A DNA stretch of 62,807 nucleotides, counting the filler. It is 3 parts of 3 records of this genome, joined end to end, with 100 filler letters (N's around TTAATTAATTAA, not from the genome) between each part and the next. Parts side by side here need not be neighbours in the genome. Positions count along the whole stretch, not along the records: positions 1 to 12,495 come from SRR31156797_9283; positions 12,596 to 32,385 come from SRR31156797_9292; 1 more part is not named here. One strand, written 5' to 3'. Positions 8,296-19,388 of the stretch are shown one piece after another. Position 1 is the stretch's first letter; each line of letters begins with the position of its first letter. The notes under the pieces are model-generated. The model did not search any database. It had not been told where the DNA came from and worked only from the letters and a program-made list of their open reading frames with translations. The position numbers and the translations under genes are program-made.

Positions 8296-10395
8296 GTGGG
8301 AATCAGAAAAACCATATTATCGCGAATTGCCATTGTCTACTTTGTGTTGACACTGTTTGCCATGGTTGTGATTGCCAAACTCATTTCAGTACAACAAATT
8401 AAAAACGACCGTTGGCAACAGATCGAAAAGAACCTCAGCAACAATACAGTAATCATTCCGCCAATCCGGGGAACTATTTGCTCCGACGACGGCAGTGTTC
8501 TGGCCACATCGGTACCGGGGTATAAAATACGCATAGACCTGGCCGCAGAAGGTGTTGTAAAGGTTTTTAACAAAGAAAGCGATTCGCTGGCCTGGTACCT
8601 CTCAAAATTTTACAAAGACGCCTCGCAACGCGAATATTTAAGAAGAATACGTTCTGCTTATAACAACAAAAACCGGGGCTTCCTGCTCACTCCCAAAAAG
8701 ATCGACTACAACCAACTTCAGGAATTTAAAAATTTCCCAATCCTTCGTCGCGGACGATTTGGGGGAGGACTGATCGTTGAACAAGAAAACAAACGCATAA
8801 ATCCGTTAGGCATGCTTGCCCAGCGCACTATTGGCAGTATGAACAAGGCAAATTCCTTAACCCCGGTTCCAATCGGACACAACGGACTAGAACGCTCATA
8901 CGAAATGTACCTACGTGGAGAAAACGGTATTAGCTATAAACAGAACCTATCAGGGCGATGGATAACCCGAACCGAAATTGAACCACAAAACGGGATGGAC
9001 ATTATTACGACCATCGATGTGAAAATGCAAGACATTGCGGAGAGTGCCCTGCTCAAACAAGCTGAAAAATCGAATCCCGAATGGGCGACTGCCATTTTAA
9101 TGGAAGTTAAAACAGGAGAAATAAAGGCAATAGCCAATTTGGGTAAAGGTAAAAATAGTTACTGGGAAAAAGACAACTATGCACTGGGGCACCGGGGCTG
9201 CTACGAGCCGGGATCAACCTTTAAACTTGTATCCCTTATGGTTGCCCTGGAAGACGGAGTGGTTGACACCAGCGATGTTTTTGACACCGGCAATGGTTAC
9301 TGGGCCAAAGAAAACATTACCGATGACCATGCCTGTGGAAGAGTGAATGTAAAACAGATTCTGGAACAGTCTTCAAATATTGGTACAGCAAAAGTTATTC
9401 TTTCCAATTATAGCAATAATCCAAAAGATTATGTCGATCGTATTTACGGGTTTGGAATTCAGAAACCACTTGAGCTGGAACTCGCGGGCGAAGGGCAACC
9501 TTACATTAAATACCCGGGCAATTCAGATTGGTGGGGCACCACAACCCTGGGACGGATGTCGTATGGCTATGATTTAAGGCTCACACCTTTACAAGTTTTG
9601 AATTTCTACAATGCAGTTGCGAATGATGGCACCATGGTAAAGCCACGACTGGTAAACGAAATCAGAAACAATGGAGCTTTGGTAAAAACCTTTAAGCCGG
9701 AAATACTAAATCCAATGATCGTTTCAAAAGAAACCATTTCAAAGGCACACGCAATGCTGGAAGGTGTTTGTCAGAACGGAACCGGACGCGCTGTTCAGGG
9801 TAAGAACTTTAAAGTAGCCGGAAAAACAGGCACCGCCCGCGTGGCACGTTCAGATGGCAAGGGCTATGAATATGGGGCCTATTATGCCTCATTTGTGGGG
9901 TACTTCCCAGCCAATGACCCGGTATATTCACTTATTGTCACATTCAAAAAACCCAGAAATTCAATTTACGGAGCAGCTGTTGCAGGCCCCGTGTTTAAAG
10001 AAATCTCAGAAAAGGTATACGCAAGTCAGATTATGAACACGGTACCAGAAGATAAAGAGGGAGAAGATGAGGATACTCCGAAAATTAAATTCGGACAGAG
10101 TGAAGACATAATCATGCTAGCCAAAGAATTGAAGTTGGATAACATTCAGGGCACCCCGGATACCCAAATGGCTACAAATACGGCTAACGAGGATATTATC
10201 ACACTGAAGGCAAAACCAATCCCGGCAAATACAGTCCCCGATGTTCGTGGCATGGGTGCAAGTAATGCCATTTACCTGATGGAGAATGCTGGATTGAAAG
10301 TAAAGATGACAGGTATAGGAAAAGTTAAAAAACAATCGCCAAAACCCGGCAGCAAATTTCGCACGGGACAAACGGTTTATCTCTCATTAAGTTAA
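8296..10395 (+). CDS. ftsI: Penicillin-binding transpeptidase FtsI with C-terminal PASTA domain
   Basis: PGSTFK (SxxK), SSN and KTGT motifs; VPDVRGM PASTA segment. Confidence 0.9.
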   Translation: MGIRKTILSRIAIVYFVLTLFAMVVIAKLISVQQIKNDRWQQIEKNLSNNTVIIPPIRGTICSDDGSVLATSVPGYKIRIDLAAEGVVKVFNKESDSLAWYLSKFYKDASQREYLRRIRSAYNNKNRGFLLTPKKIDYNQLQEFKNFPILRRGRFGGGLIVEQENKRINPLGMLAQRTIGSMNKANSLTPVPIGHNGLERSYEMYLRGENGISYKQNLSGRWITRTEIEPQNGMDIITTIDVKMQDIAESALLKQAEKSNPEWATAILMEVKTGEIKAIANLGKGKNSYWEKDNYALGHRGCYEPGSTFKLVSLMVALEDGVVDTSDVFDTGNGYWAKENITDDHACGRVNVKQILEQSSNIGTAKVILSNYSNNPKDYVDRIYGFGIQKPLELELAGEGQPYIKYPGNSDWWGTTTLGRMSYGYDLRLTPLQVLNFYNAVANDGTMVKPRLVNEIRNNGALVKTFKPEILNPMIVSKETISKAHAMLEGVCQNGTGRAVQGKNFKVAGKTGTARVARSDGKGYEYGAYYASFVGYFPANDPVYSLIVTFKKPRNSIYGAAVAGPVFKEISEKVYASQIMNTVPEDKEGEDEDTPKIKFGQSEDIIMLAKELKLDNIQGTPDTQMATNTANEDIITLKAKPIPANTVPDVRGMGASNAIYLMENAGLKVKMTGIGKVKKQSPKPGSKFRTGQTVYLSLS

Positions 10396-10397
10396 AG

Positions 10398-11855
10398 ATG
10401 AAACTAGAGAAGTTATTACAACATATTGAAATTATTGAATGCGTTGGTTCAACCGACAAGGATGTTCGTGCTCTGGAATTTGATTCCAGAAAAGTGAGGA
10501 AGGGAACTGCATTCATTGCTCAAAAAGGTGTAAATATTGATGGACATAAATTTATTGAAAAAGCCATTGAATTGGGTGCTACTGTTATATTTTGCGAAGA
10601 GTTACCTGACAAAATTGACAAAGCTATAACCTATATAAAAGTCGCCGATTCAAATCTTGTATTAGGAAAATTGGCTACAACATTTTTTGATTTCCCTTCA
10701 AAAAAAATGAAGGTGGTTGGAGTTACCGGCACCAATGGAAAAACCAGCATTGCTTCATTGTTGCACAAGCTGTTTATGGCTCAAGGATACAATGCGGGCC
10801 TTATTTCTACCATTTCATATAAAGTAAATGAACGCGAAGAAACAGCTTCACATACTACTCCAAACGCCTTGAAAATACAGGAGCTTTTGGCCGAAATGGT
10901 TAACGAAGGATGTGCGTACTGTTTTATGGAAGTAAGTTCACATGCTGCCCACCAAAAACGAACCACAGGAATTGAATTTGCCGGTGGTATTTTCACCAAT
11001 ATTACCCATGACCATCTTGACTACCATTTAACTTTTTCAGAATACATAAAAGCCAAAAAAAGCTTTTTTGATGCTTTACCCGCCAGTGCTTTTGCCCTTA
11101 CCAATATCGATGATAAAAACGGGTTGGTTATGTTGCAAAATACTAAAGCGCGTAAGCTCACTTACTCCAACCGATCAATGGCCGACTACAGATGTAAAGT
11201 AATCGAAAGCCATTTTGATGGTATGTTACTGAATATGGACGACCAGGAAACCTGGACACGGTTTGTTGGTTTGTTTAATGCATCAAATTTACTGGCTGTT
11301 TATGCAACAGCAATTGAGTTGGGACAAGATAAAAATGAGGTTCTAACAATAATCAGCAACCTCCAACCAGTTCAGGGACGCTTTGAGACCATACGAAGCC
11401 TGGATGGAAAATACGCCATTGTGGATTATGCCCACACACCCGATGCATTAAAGAATGTACTTACAGCCATTTCTGAGATCAGAACCCGAAACGAGCAAGT
11501 AATTACTGTCGTTGGTGCTGGTGGTGACCGCGACAAAACCAAACGCCCTCTTATGGCAAAAGAAGCCCTTAATGCCAGCGACAAAGTGATATTAACCTCA
11601 GACAATCCGCGCACAGAAGATCCGGAAACGATTATAAAAGATATGGAAGCAGGCGTAGAAGCGCAATACAAAAACAAAGTCGTGTCGATAGTTAGTCGTC
11701 GCGATGCCATTAAAACGGCAGCAATGTTGGCTCAGCCCGGAGATATTATCCTGATTGCCGGCAAAGGACACGAAGACTACCAGGAAATTAATGGTGTAAA
11801 ACTTCATTTTGATGATAGAGAAGAAATTAAAAATTGTTTTGGACTAGAAGAATAA
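10398..11855 (+). CDS. murE: UDP-N-acetylmuramoyl-L-alanyl-D-glutamate--meso-DAP ligase
   Basis: GTNGKTS, EVSSH, DYAHTPD, DNPR (DAP specificity) and AGKGHE motifs. Confidence 0.95.
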   Translation: MKLEKLLQHIEIIECVGSTDKDVRALEFDSRKVRKGTAFIAQKGVNIDGHKFIEKAIELGATVIFCEELPDKIDKAITYIKVADSNLVLGKLATTFFDFPSKKMKVVGVTGTNGKTSIASLLHKLFMAQGYNAGLISTISYKVNEREETASHTTPNALKIQELLAEMVNEGCAYCFMEVSSHAAHQKRTTGIEFAGGIFTNITHDHLDYHLTFSEYIKAKKSFFDALPASAFALTNIDDKNGLVMLQNTKARKLTYSNRSMADYRCKVIESHFDGMLLNMDDQETWTRFVGLFNASNLLAVYATAIELGQDKNEVLTIISNLQPVQGRFETIRSLDGKYAIVDYAHTPDALKNVLTAISEIRTRNEQVITVVGAGGDRDKTKRPLMAKEALNASDKVILTSDNPRTEDPETIIKDMEAGVEAQYKNKVVSIVSRRDAIKTAAMLAQPGDIILIAGKGHEDYQEINGVKLHFDDREEIKNCFGLEE

Positions 11856-11865
11856 AAAACAAGCT

Positions 11866-12495
11866 ATGTTTTATTGGTTATATGGATTATTAGCAGATTA
11901 CGACATCCCGGGGTTGGGAATGTTACCAGGTATTTCGTTCCGTTCAGCGGCTGCCATCATTTTGTCGTTATTTATTACTACAGTTTTTGGCAAGAAACTT
12001 ATTAGAGTATTACAACGAAGGCAAATTGGTGATGACGTTCGCGATCTTGGATTAGAGGGGCAAATGCAAAAGCAAGGTACCCCAACCATGGGAGGTATAA
12101 TTATTCTGATGGCCATCATAATTCCAACGTTGTTATTTGCCAACCTCACAAACATTTATATTCTTCTTATGCTGATTACCACGGCATTTCTTGGCCTGAT
12201 AGGCTTTATTGATGATTACATTAAAGTTTTCAAAAAAAATAAAAAAGGTCTGGCCGGCAAATTCAAGATCCTGGGGCAGGTAAGTTTAGGCTTGTTTGTA
12301 GCTGCTACATTATTTATAAGTGAAGATGTTAAGGTTCGCGAACACGTAAAAGATGAATACGGTAATAACCTTACCATCAAAGTTACCGATCCGGTAACCG
12401 GAGAAAAAACTTCTGAATTTGTAACCGAAGATGTAAAGTCGACCAAAACCACCATCCCTTTTATCAAAAAGAATGAATTTGATTATGAATGGCTG
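11866..12495 (+). CDS. mraY: Phospho-N-acetylmuramoyl-pentapeptide transferase (3' truncated)
   Basis: GTPTMGG and GFIDDY motifs; ends at the N spacer. Confidence 0.92.
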
Positions 12496-12595
12496 NNNNN
12501 NNNNNNNNNNNNNNNNNNNNNNNNNNNNNNNNNNNNNNNTTAATTAATTAANNNNNNNNNNNNNNNNNNNNNNNNNNNNNNNNNNNNNNNNNNNN
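12496..12595. other. Artificial contig-joining spacer
   Basis: 44 N + TTAATTAATTAA (stop in all six frames) + 44 N; bacterial genes on the left, archaeal genes on the right. Confidence 0.98.
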
Positions 12596-12596
12596 A

Positions 12597-13610
12597 GCTG
12601 AAGCAGGCGGGGATCTGCTGCGAAAGGATGCTGTGTCTGTCCTAAAGGAAGAGCTACTTCCTGTAAGTCATGTAGTAACCCCTAATATTAACGAGGCAAA
12701 TATTCTTTCGGGAATGCAGATATCCGACATTGATGATGCAAAGGAAGCTGCAAGAATAATAGGCATGGCAGGTGTCAGGTACGTTATTGTTACTGGTGGG
12801 CATCTTGAAGGTACTGACCTGGTATATGATTCAACGAATGATTCATACTCCCTGGTTCCGGGAACCTTTGTAAAAGGTGGTACTCATGGTTCAGGATGTA
12901 CTTATTCCTCTGCGTTGGCATCTTACCTTGCGCAGGGTTATAATGTAGATGAAGCTGCAAAGATGGCAAAGGAATTTGTCGTGGAAGCCATCAAAGGAAG
13001 TGTGCCGGTGGGAAGAGGCGTCGGACCTGTCAATCAGTTGTCTCGGTTACTTGATAATGCCGAAAAGTGCACAGTGCTTGAAAATGTAAAAGCTGCAGCA
13101 GGGATATTAAATCGCAGCAATTGTTTTGCAGGTATTATTCCGGAGGTTGGCTGTAATATTGCCATGGCTCTTTGCAGTTCCAGTTCAACTTCGGATGTAG
13201 CAGCAGTTGCAGGACGTATAGTCAGGGTCAAAAGCACATCACATATTGTTGGCGATATAGGATTTGGTGCCAGCAGTCATGTGGCACGTATAATACTTGC
13301 TGCAATGAAATATGATTCCTCTTTCAGGGCAGCTGTCAACATAAGGTATTCTGAAGAACTTGTGGACATATGCAGGAAAATGGACCTTGAAGTATCCTCA
13401 TTCTCAAGGGAAGAAGAACCTGAAGATACACACACAATGGATTGGGGAACTACTGATTCCATTGAGCGACATGGCTCGGTTCCTGACATTATATATGATA
13501 AAGGAGGAGTCGGGAAAGAAGCTATGATCAGGATAATGGGTCATAGTGCCGTAGATGTCGCTGAAATTGCTGTAATGATAGCTGAATTATATGCATCGGG
13601 GGATGAATAG
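12597..13610 (+). CDS. thiDN: ThiD-ThiN fusion: HMP(-P) kinase / thiamine-phosphate synthase (5' truncated)
   Basis: VTPNINEA and THGSGCTYS (ThiD), then IPEVGCNI, FGASSHVAR and DKGGVGKE (ThiN). The frame is open back to the contig start. Confidence 0.88.
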   Translation, partial: AEAGGDLLRKDAVSVLKEELLPVSHVVTPNINEANILSGMQISDIDDAKEAARIIGMAGVRYVIVTGGHLEGTDLVYDSTNDSYSLVPGTFVKGGTHGSGCTYSSALASYLAQGYNVDEAAKMAKEFVVEAIKGSVPVGRGVGPVNQLSRLLDNAEKCTVLENVKAAAGILNRSNCFAGIIPEVGCNIAMALCSSSSTSDVAAVAGRIVRVKSTSHIVGDIGFGASSHVARIILAAMKYDSSFRAAVNIRYSEELVDICRKMDLEVSSFSREEEPEDTHTMDWGTTDSIERHGSVPDIIYDKGGVGKEAMIRIMGHSAVDVAEIAVMIAELYASGDE

Positions 13611-13684
13611 GCAATAATGGCACATCCGTTTATTCATGCTTTATTATAAACACATAATCTTATTCTTCCAAGAGTGAACCTAAA

Positions 13685-14980
13685 ATGGAAACAGAAGCAT
13701 TCAAAGGGCTTTATCTCTCAAAAGAGATAAGGAAAAGTATTAAGGAAATGGGCTTCAGAGAAGCCACTGAAATTCAGGAGAAATGTATTCCTCTGCTAAT
13801 GGAAGGGAAGGATGTAATCGGGCAGGCACGTACCGGTACAGGAAAAACAGCAGCCTTTGGGATTCCTCTCATGGAGCTCCTTGAACCTGCCAATAAAAAT
13901 ACCCAGGCAATGATAATCTGTCCTACAAGGGAGCTGGCAAACCAGGTGTCTGAAGAGCTCAGGAAACTTGCAAAGTACATTCCTGATATGAAAATTCTGT
14001 CCTTGTATGGCGGAACTTCTGTGGATTCTCAGATCGGCAAGCTTAAAACAGGCTCACAGGTCGTAGTTGGTACCCCTGGCAGAATCATTGATCATCTCGA
14101 AAGGCAGACCTTAAACACCGATGATATCGGTATTGTCGTGCTGGATGAGGCCGATGAGATGCTTAACATGGGTTTCAGGGAAGATATTGAAAAAATACTT
14201 GATACAATTCCGTCAGAGAGGCAAACGCTTCTTTTTTCAGCGACCATGCCAGAGCCTATCCTTAAGCTTACAGAACAATATCAGAAAGATCCTTTTCACA
14301 TAATGGTGCAACAGAAAGAACTTACTGTTCCCCAGGTTAAACAATATTATTTTGAAGTAAAAGACAATGCAAAAATAGAAGCATTAAAACGTCTGATCGA
14401 GGCTGAGAATATTAAGTCTGCACTTGTCTTCTGCAATACAAAAAAAGATGTGGACAAACTGGTCATAAAACTGCGTTCCCGTGGTTATCCCGTTGATGCC
14501 CTGCACGGTGATGTTAAACAAAAGAAAAGAGAGCAGAGGATGGATCGGTTCAAAAATGAGGATATTGGAATCCTCATAGCAACAGATGTGGCTGCAAGGG
14601 GGATTGATGTTGAGAACATAGAGGTTGTTTTCAACTATGACCTGCCCCAGGAACCTGAAATATATGTTCACAGGATAGGAAGAACTGCAAGGGCTGGCAG
14701 GCCCGGACTTGCTTATTCCTTTGTAACAGCTAAAGAAAAAGGCAAACTTTCAGTCATCACAGGAATCACAAACACTGAAATTATTAAAAAAGACCTTCCA
14801 AGCAACCGTGATGTGGAAAAGATCAAAGAGAGACGTATTGCCGATGATATCCAGATGACAGTTCGGCGCGGACATCTGGATAAGTATGACGAATTTGTGG
14901 CAGGTATTGCAGATGGAGATATTGATTATCGGCAAATCGCTGCAGCTCTTGCAAAAATGTTATTGAAAAATGAGAAATGA
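13685..14980 (+). CDS. DEAD-box RNA helicase (short C-terminus)
   Basis: Q motif, GTGKT, PTRELA, DEAD, SAT and HRIGRTAR motifs. Confidence 0.95.
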   Translation: METEAFKGLYLSKEIRKSIKEMGFREATEIQEKCIPLLMEGKDVIGQARTGTGKTAAFGIPLMELLEPANKNTQAMIICPTRELANQVSEELRKLAKYIPDMKILSLYGGTSVDSQIGKLKTGSQVVVGTPGRIIDHLERQTLNTDDIGIVVLDEADEMLNMGFREDIEKILDTIPSERQTLLFSATMPEPILKLTEQYQKDPFHIMVQQKELTVPQVKQYYFEVKDNAKIEALKRLIEAENIKSALVFCNTKKDVDKLVIKLRSRGYPVDALHGDVKQKKREQRMDRFKNEDIGILIATDVAARGIDVENIEVVFNYDLPQEPEIYVHRIGRTARAGRPGLAYSFVTAKEKGKLSVITGITNTEIIKKDLPSNRDVEKIKERRIADDIQMTVRRGHLDKYDEFVAGIADGDIDYRQIAAALAKMLLKNEK

Positions 14981-15010
14981 AAAATAGTATTAATTAACTG
15001 AGGCTATTAG

Positions 15011-15607
15011 ATGAAAGATTTCGTAATCATAGGGCATAAAGCATTAACTACTGGTGGTTTTTCACTTAACGACCTGCCAGGTTCAGCAGGAAGGATGGAT
15101 ATTTTGTGCAGATGTGTTAATTCAGCACTTTTCCTCTCCCACGGAATGAGGCGTGATATCAATGTGCATCTTGTACTTCTGGGTGAACCTGACCCCGGAA
15201 AGATAGTTCGCTTTAACGGAGAGAAACTCAAGTACCTCAATCCTGATGAGCGGAGCAGTGGATCTCTTATAAAAAAGGCACTTGAAAAAGATGCTATTCC
15301 TTATGAGACGCAGTCCACGCCAGGTGTCTGGATACGCAAGGCTGGTCTTGAAGACCTGCTTAATGAATTCAAGGAAGATGGCAGGGACATTTACTATCTC
15401 AGGGAAGATGGCGTTGATATCAGGGACTACGATGGCCTTAACACAGATGCTGTCTTTGTTCTTGGTGATCATATGGGGGTCACTGAGGCAGAGGAGGCTC
15501 TTATTGACAGTGTGGCAAAGCAGACACTAAACATCGGTCCCATATCGCTTCATTCTGATCACTGCATGATAATAATACACAATGAACTTGACAGGAAGGA
15601 AGCATAG
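15011..15607 (+). CDS. trmY: tRNA pseudouridine(54)-N1-methyltransferase
   Basis: LNDLPGSAGRMD, LNPDERS and FVLGDH SPOUT motifs; adjacent to pus10. Confidence 0.9.
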   Translation: MKDFVIIGHKALTTGGFSLNDLPGSAGRMDILCRCVNSALFLSHGMRRDINVHLVLLGEPDPGKIVRFNGEKLKYLNPDERSSGSLIKKALEKDAIPYETQSTPGVWIRKAGLEDLLNEFKEDGRDIYYLREDGVDIRDYDGLNTDAVFVLGDHMGVTEAEEALIDSVAKQTLNIGPISLHSDHCMIIIHNELDRKEA

Positions 15608-15689
15608 CCAAAAAAGGTTATATTATATAGTAGCTATTCAGTTCCAAATCATCCCGGAATATCCCTGATACAGAAACGAAAGTGATTCT

Positions 15690-16982
15690 ATGAGCATACT
15701 TGAAACAGCTAAGAAGATTATTGAAGAAGGTCCCATCTGTGATCATTGCATGGGGAGGCAGTTTGCCAAATTGTCCACTGGCCTGACTAATGTTGAAAGA
15801 GGACAGGCCATAAAGCTGAGTATGGTCATGGAAGGAGACGCCTTGTTTAAGGATAGCAATGATGATTCCTTACTGGAAGGGCTTGCTAACAGCAGTCCTT
15901 ATGCAAGAAAGACCCTGAAGATTGATGGCGAGGATGAAAAATGCTGGGTATGCCTTGGGGTATTTGATAACCTTGATGTATGGGCAGACCGGGCAATAGA
16001 AAGTATTGGTGATCTGGAATACTCTACCTTCCTTGTGGGCACAAAGGTAAGCGGTCTTATTGGTGAGAATGAAGAGATACTCTGGAGTGAGTGTGGGATC
16101 ACTCATGCAGAACAGTTTAAGACCGAGATGAACCGTGAGGTCGGCAAGCTAATATCCGCACGAAATGATAAGGAAGTGGCCTTTGAAAGACCGGATATTC
16201 TTGTAACTCTGGACATTGCAGAGGAATCAACAAGTATACACGTTAAGTCTCTTTACATTCAGGGCAGGTACAGGAAACTTGTGCGTGGAATTCCACAGAC
16301 CAGGTGGCCCTGCAGAAGTTGCGGCGGAAGGGGATGTGAGCAGTGTGACAACACCGGCAAGCAATATCCTGAATCTGTGGACGAGCTCATAGGTGCCGAA
16401 GTTATCAAGGCAAGCGGCGGTACGGACACGAAGTTCCATGGCGCGGGACGTGAAGATATAGATGCCCTGATGCTTGGAAGTGGAAGACCCTTTGTGGTTG
16501 AGGCATTAAATCCTGTAACCCGAAGTATTGACGTATGGGAACTGGAAAAGAAAATAAATGAATTCGCTAATGGCAAGGTGGAAGTTGAAGGGCTCAAAAT
16601 TGTTGAGAAGGGTGTAATTGAGACTCTGAAGTCCTCAAAGGCGGATAAAGTTTATAACCTTAAAGTTACATTCAAAGAGCCTGTTTCCACGGACAAACTT
16701 GAAGATGCTATAAATTCTCTCATAGGAATGCAGATACATCAAAGGACTCCGCAGCGTGTAGCGCATAGAAGGGCGGATCTTGTAAGAAAAAGATATGTTC
16801 ACAACATGCAGCTTATAGAGAAAACAGATGAATATGCTATTATAGAAGTGCACTGTGATGGCGGTTTGTATGTTAAGGAACTCACATCAGGTGATGGTGG
16901 AAGAACTGAGCCAAGTCTGACGGGCAAGTTGGGCACACAGGCTACGGTGGCTGAACTCAATGTCGTTAACGTCGACATATGA
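15690..16982 (+). CDS. pus10: tRNA pseudouridine(54/55) synthase
   Basis: CDHCMGR, GRYRKLVRGIPQTRW, AGREDID and GLYVKEL motifs. Confidence 0.93.
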   Translation: MSILETAKKIIEEGPICDHCMGRQFAKLSTGLTNVERGQAIKLSMVMEGDALFKDSNDDSLLEGLANSSPYARKTLKIDGEDEKCWVCLGVFDNLDVWADRAIESIGDLEYSTFLVGTKVSGLIGENEEILWSECGITHAEQFKTEMNREVGKLISARNDKEVAFERPDILVTLDIAEESTSIHVKSLYIQGRYRKLVRGIPQTRWPCRSCGGRGCEQCDNTGKQYPESVDELIGAEVIKASGGTDTKFHGAGREDIDALMLGSGRPFVVEALNPVTRSIDVWELEKKINEFANGKVEVEGLKIVEKGVIETLKSSKADKVYNLKVTFKEPVSTDKLEDAINSLIGMQIHQRTPQRVAHRRADLVRKRYVHNMQLIEKTDEYAIIEVHCDGGLYVKELTSGDGGRTEPSLTGKLGTQATVAELNVVNVDI

Positions 16983-17062
16983 TTTCAGAGTATAATCAAA
17001 ATCATAAGTACAAGTTTAAATTCAAATTAAAATAATCATTTAATCTATGGAGGAAACTAATC

Positions 17063-17356
17063 ATGGCAACATCACACGGCGAAAAAAGCTGTACAAGATA
17101 CAAGCTTAAAAAGACAACAAGGGAAAGAGGACTTTCACCTATCAGTAAGGCAATTCAGGAATTCGATGAAGGACAGATGGTTCACATCGACATCGACCCA
17201 AGTATACAGAAGGGCATGCCAAACGCCAGATTCCAGGGTAAAACCGGTAAAGTCACTGGTCAGCGTGGACGCGCTTTTGTCTTACAGGTAAGAGACGGAA
17301 ATGCAATGAAAGAGATTATTTCTCTTCCACAGCACCTTAAACCACAGAAATACTAA
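17063..17356 (+). CDS. rpl21e: 50S ribosomal protein L21e
   Basis: [21 protein letters not shown] motif; GGAGG SD upstream. Confidence 0.95.
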   Translation: MATSHGEKSCTRYKLKKTTRERGLSPISKAIQEFDEGQMVHIDIDPSIQKGMPNARFQGKTGKVTGQRGRAFVLQVRDGNAMKEIISLPQHLKPQKY

Positions 17357-17509
17357 GTACGCAGGAAGTTCAGGCTTATAGCCTGGATTACCTTTATTTA
17401 TCGTTAGATATATCTTTATTGCGTGTATTTAATGAATTAAATATGTCCTGTTGTTATTATATAGCCATCGCGGATGGTTTAAACCAAATACTGCACAGAG
17501 TGTATACCA

Positions 17510-17863
17510 ATGATAGTAAAAGAAGTTCTGAGTGAAGAATTGTTAACCCTGTCTGAAGTAAAGGGTTTGTTGCACGAGATAATGGAAGAGCGTCTCAAAG
17601 ACGAAGAAGAACTTGGATATGAACTGCGCAAAGCTATCAATCATGCGGAAACTTTCTCTAAGACTACACCTGAGAAGGCAAGGGTCCTTGTTAACAAACT
17701 TCTTGAGCTTGAAAAGATGAAACCTGAAATAGCTATCAGGGTAGCAGATGTCCTCCCGCAGTCCAGGGATGAGCTCAGGTCACTTTATGCAAAGGAAAGG
17801 TTCACTCTCACTGAAGAGGAACTTGATGAAATGCTAAACTTCGTTGAAGAAGCAACGGATTAA
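17510..17863 (+). CDS. rpo4: RNA polymerase subunit Rpo4 (F)
   Basis: LGYEL and ADVLPQSRDELR motifs; conserved position after rpl21e. Confidence 0.88.
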   Translation: MIVKEVLSEELLTLSEVKGLLHEIMEERLKDEEELGYELRKAINHAETFSKTTPEKARVLVNKLLELEKMKPEIAIRVADVLPQSRDELRSLYAKERFTLTEEELDEMLNFVEEATD

Positions 17864-17958
17864 TGAATTTAATGGATTAGATTTATATCCGATACATCCC
17901 TTTTTTTATTCGAGAGAACTTGCATAAGTAGCAGCAGGTATGTCACCGGAGGGAATAT

Positions 17959-18555
17959 ATGACAATGAGGGGAAAGCCACCTGAAAAAGAAGAGCATGCA
18001 TGGATTTTAGACTATCTTCCGTATGGAAGTACTGATGATAAGCGTCCTTCTTATCAAAAGAAACCTATTGTTCAGGCGGTTGGCGAAAAACACTTTGTAC
18101 TAATGGAACTTGTACCCAAAGAAGGAAAGATTCCTGATATTCAGTCAAGGGTTTACATTGGTGATGGTGACAGGGATCTTATCGACCATGTGAAGCATCG
18201 CATAGCTTATGGTGACATGAGCCATGGTGCTCAACTGGAGTTACCTTTTATTCTTGAATCCATTGTAAAACACCACGAAGAGAGGTTTGTTGATTTCTTC
18301 AATGATGCACACCCAATAACCAACAGATTACATATGCTTGAATTACTTCCAGGCATCGGAAAGAAGCTCATGTGGGCCATTATAGATGCAAGGAAAAAAG
18401 GACCTTTCAAGACGCTGGAAGAACTTCATGAAAGAGTTGGAGGCGTACACTCTCCTGAAAAGGTTGTTGTCAACAGGATCATCGATGAATTGAAAGATGA
18501 CAATATCAAGTACAGACTCTTTACAATACCTCCACGTCGTCCTCGCAGTCACTAA
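17959..18555 (+). CDS. DUF655 family putative nucleic-acid-binding protein
   Basis: ILDYLPYG and HhH LELLPGIGKK motifs; conserved archaeal synteny. Confidence 0.85.
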   Translation: MTMRGKPPEKEEHAWILDYLPYGSTDDKRPSYQKKPIVQAVGEKHFVLMELVPKEGKIPDIQSRVYIGDGDRDLIDHVKHRIAYGDMSHGAQLELPFILESIVKHHEERFVDFFNDAHPITNRLHMLELLPGIGKKLMWAIIDARKKGPFKTLEELHERVGGVHSPEKVVVNRIIDELKDDNIKYRLFTIPPRRPRSH

Positions 18556-18569
18556 AAGGTGTTTATTTT

Positions 18570-19379
18570 TTGGTTTATGATATTTTAAGGAAATATGGTA
18601 TCCGTGGCGGATACCATGACCAGCATTTTTTGATTGATGAAAGGATTCTTGACAGGATTGTAGATGCGGCTGACATTCAACCTGATGAAACAATTCTGGA
18701 GGTCGGAGCAGGTATCGGTAACCTTACCGAGCGACTCATGGCTAAAGCAGGTCATGTAATTGCCATTGAGAGGGATCCTGAACTTGTGGAAGTCCTGATC
18801 GATCGCTTTGGTGACTCGGATAAGCTCACACTAATCCATGGGGATGTGCTTAAAGTTGATTTTCCTGCTTTTGATAAAGTGGTTTCAAATCTTCCTTATT
18901 CAATTTCTTCTGAGATAACCTTCAAACTTTTCAAATATGATTTTAAACTGGCAATACTGATGTACCAGTATGAATTTGCACAAAGACTGGTGGCACATGC
19001 CAACTCAAAGAATTACAGTCGTTTGTCTGTGAATGCTCATTATTTTGCAGAGACGTCACTTATTATGAAAATTCCAAGAGGAGCTTTTTCTCCTCCGCCT
19101 GAAGTGCTCTCTGCCGTAGTTGAGATAAAACCAAGGCCTGCAGATTTTGAAGTGATGGATGAGAAATACTATCTTGATTTTGTTACAGCTGTTTTCGGAC
19201 AGAGACGCAAAAAAATGAGAAATTCCATAATAAGAAACAAACAGCTTCTGGGTATTGCTGATATGAAGGAATTCGTTAATGAAATGCCACAGGAACTGCT
19301 TGATAAGAGGCCTGAGAATCTCACGCCGGAACAATTTGCAGAGCTTGCCAATCAGATGTTCAGGCATAAACAAAAATAA
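18570..19379 (+). CDS. rsmA: 16S rRNA dimethyladenosine transferase
   Basis: DQHFL, LEVGAGIG and NLPYSISS motifs; TTG start. Confidence 0.93.
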   Translation: MVYDILRKYGIRGGYHDQHFLIDERILDRIVDAADIQPDETILEVGAGIGNLTERLMAKAGHVIAIERDPELVEVLIDRFGDSDKLTLIHGDVLKVDFPAFDKVVSNLPYSISSEITFKLFKYDFKLAILMYQYEFAQRLVAHANSKNYSRLSVNAHYFAETSLIMKIPRGAFSPPPEVLSAVVEIKPRPADFEVMDEKYYLDFVTAVFGQRRKKMRNSIIRNKQLLGIADMKEFVNEMPQELLDKRPENLTPEQFAELANQMFRHKQK

Positions 19380-19388
19380 CGTGTATCC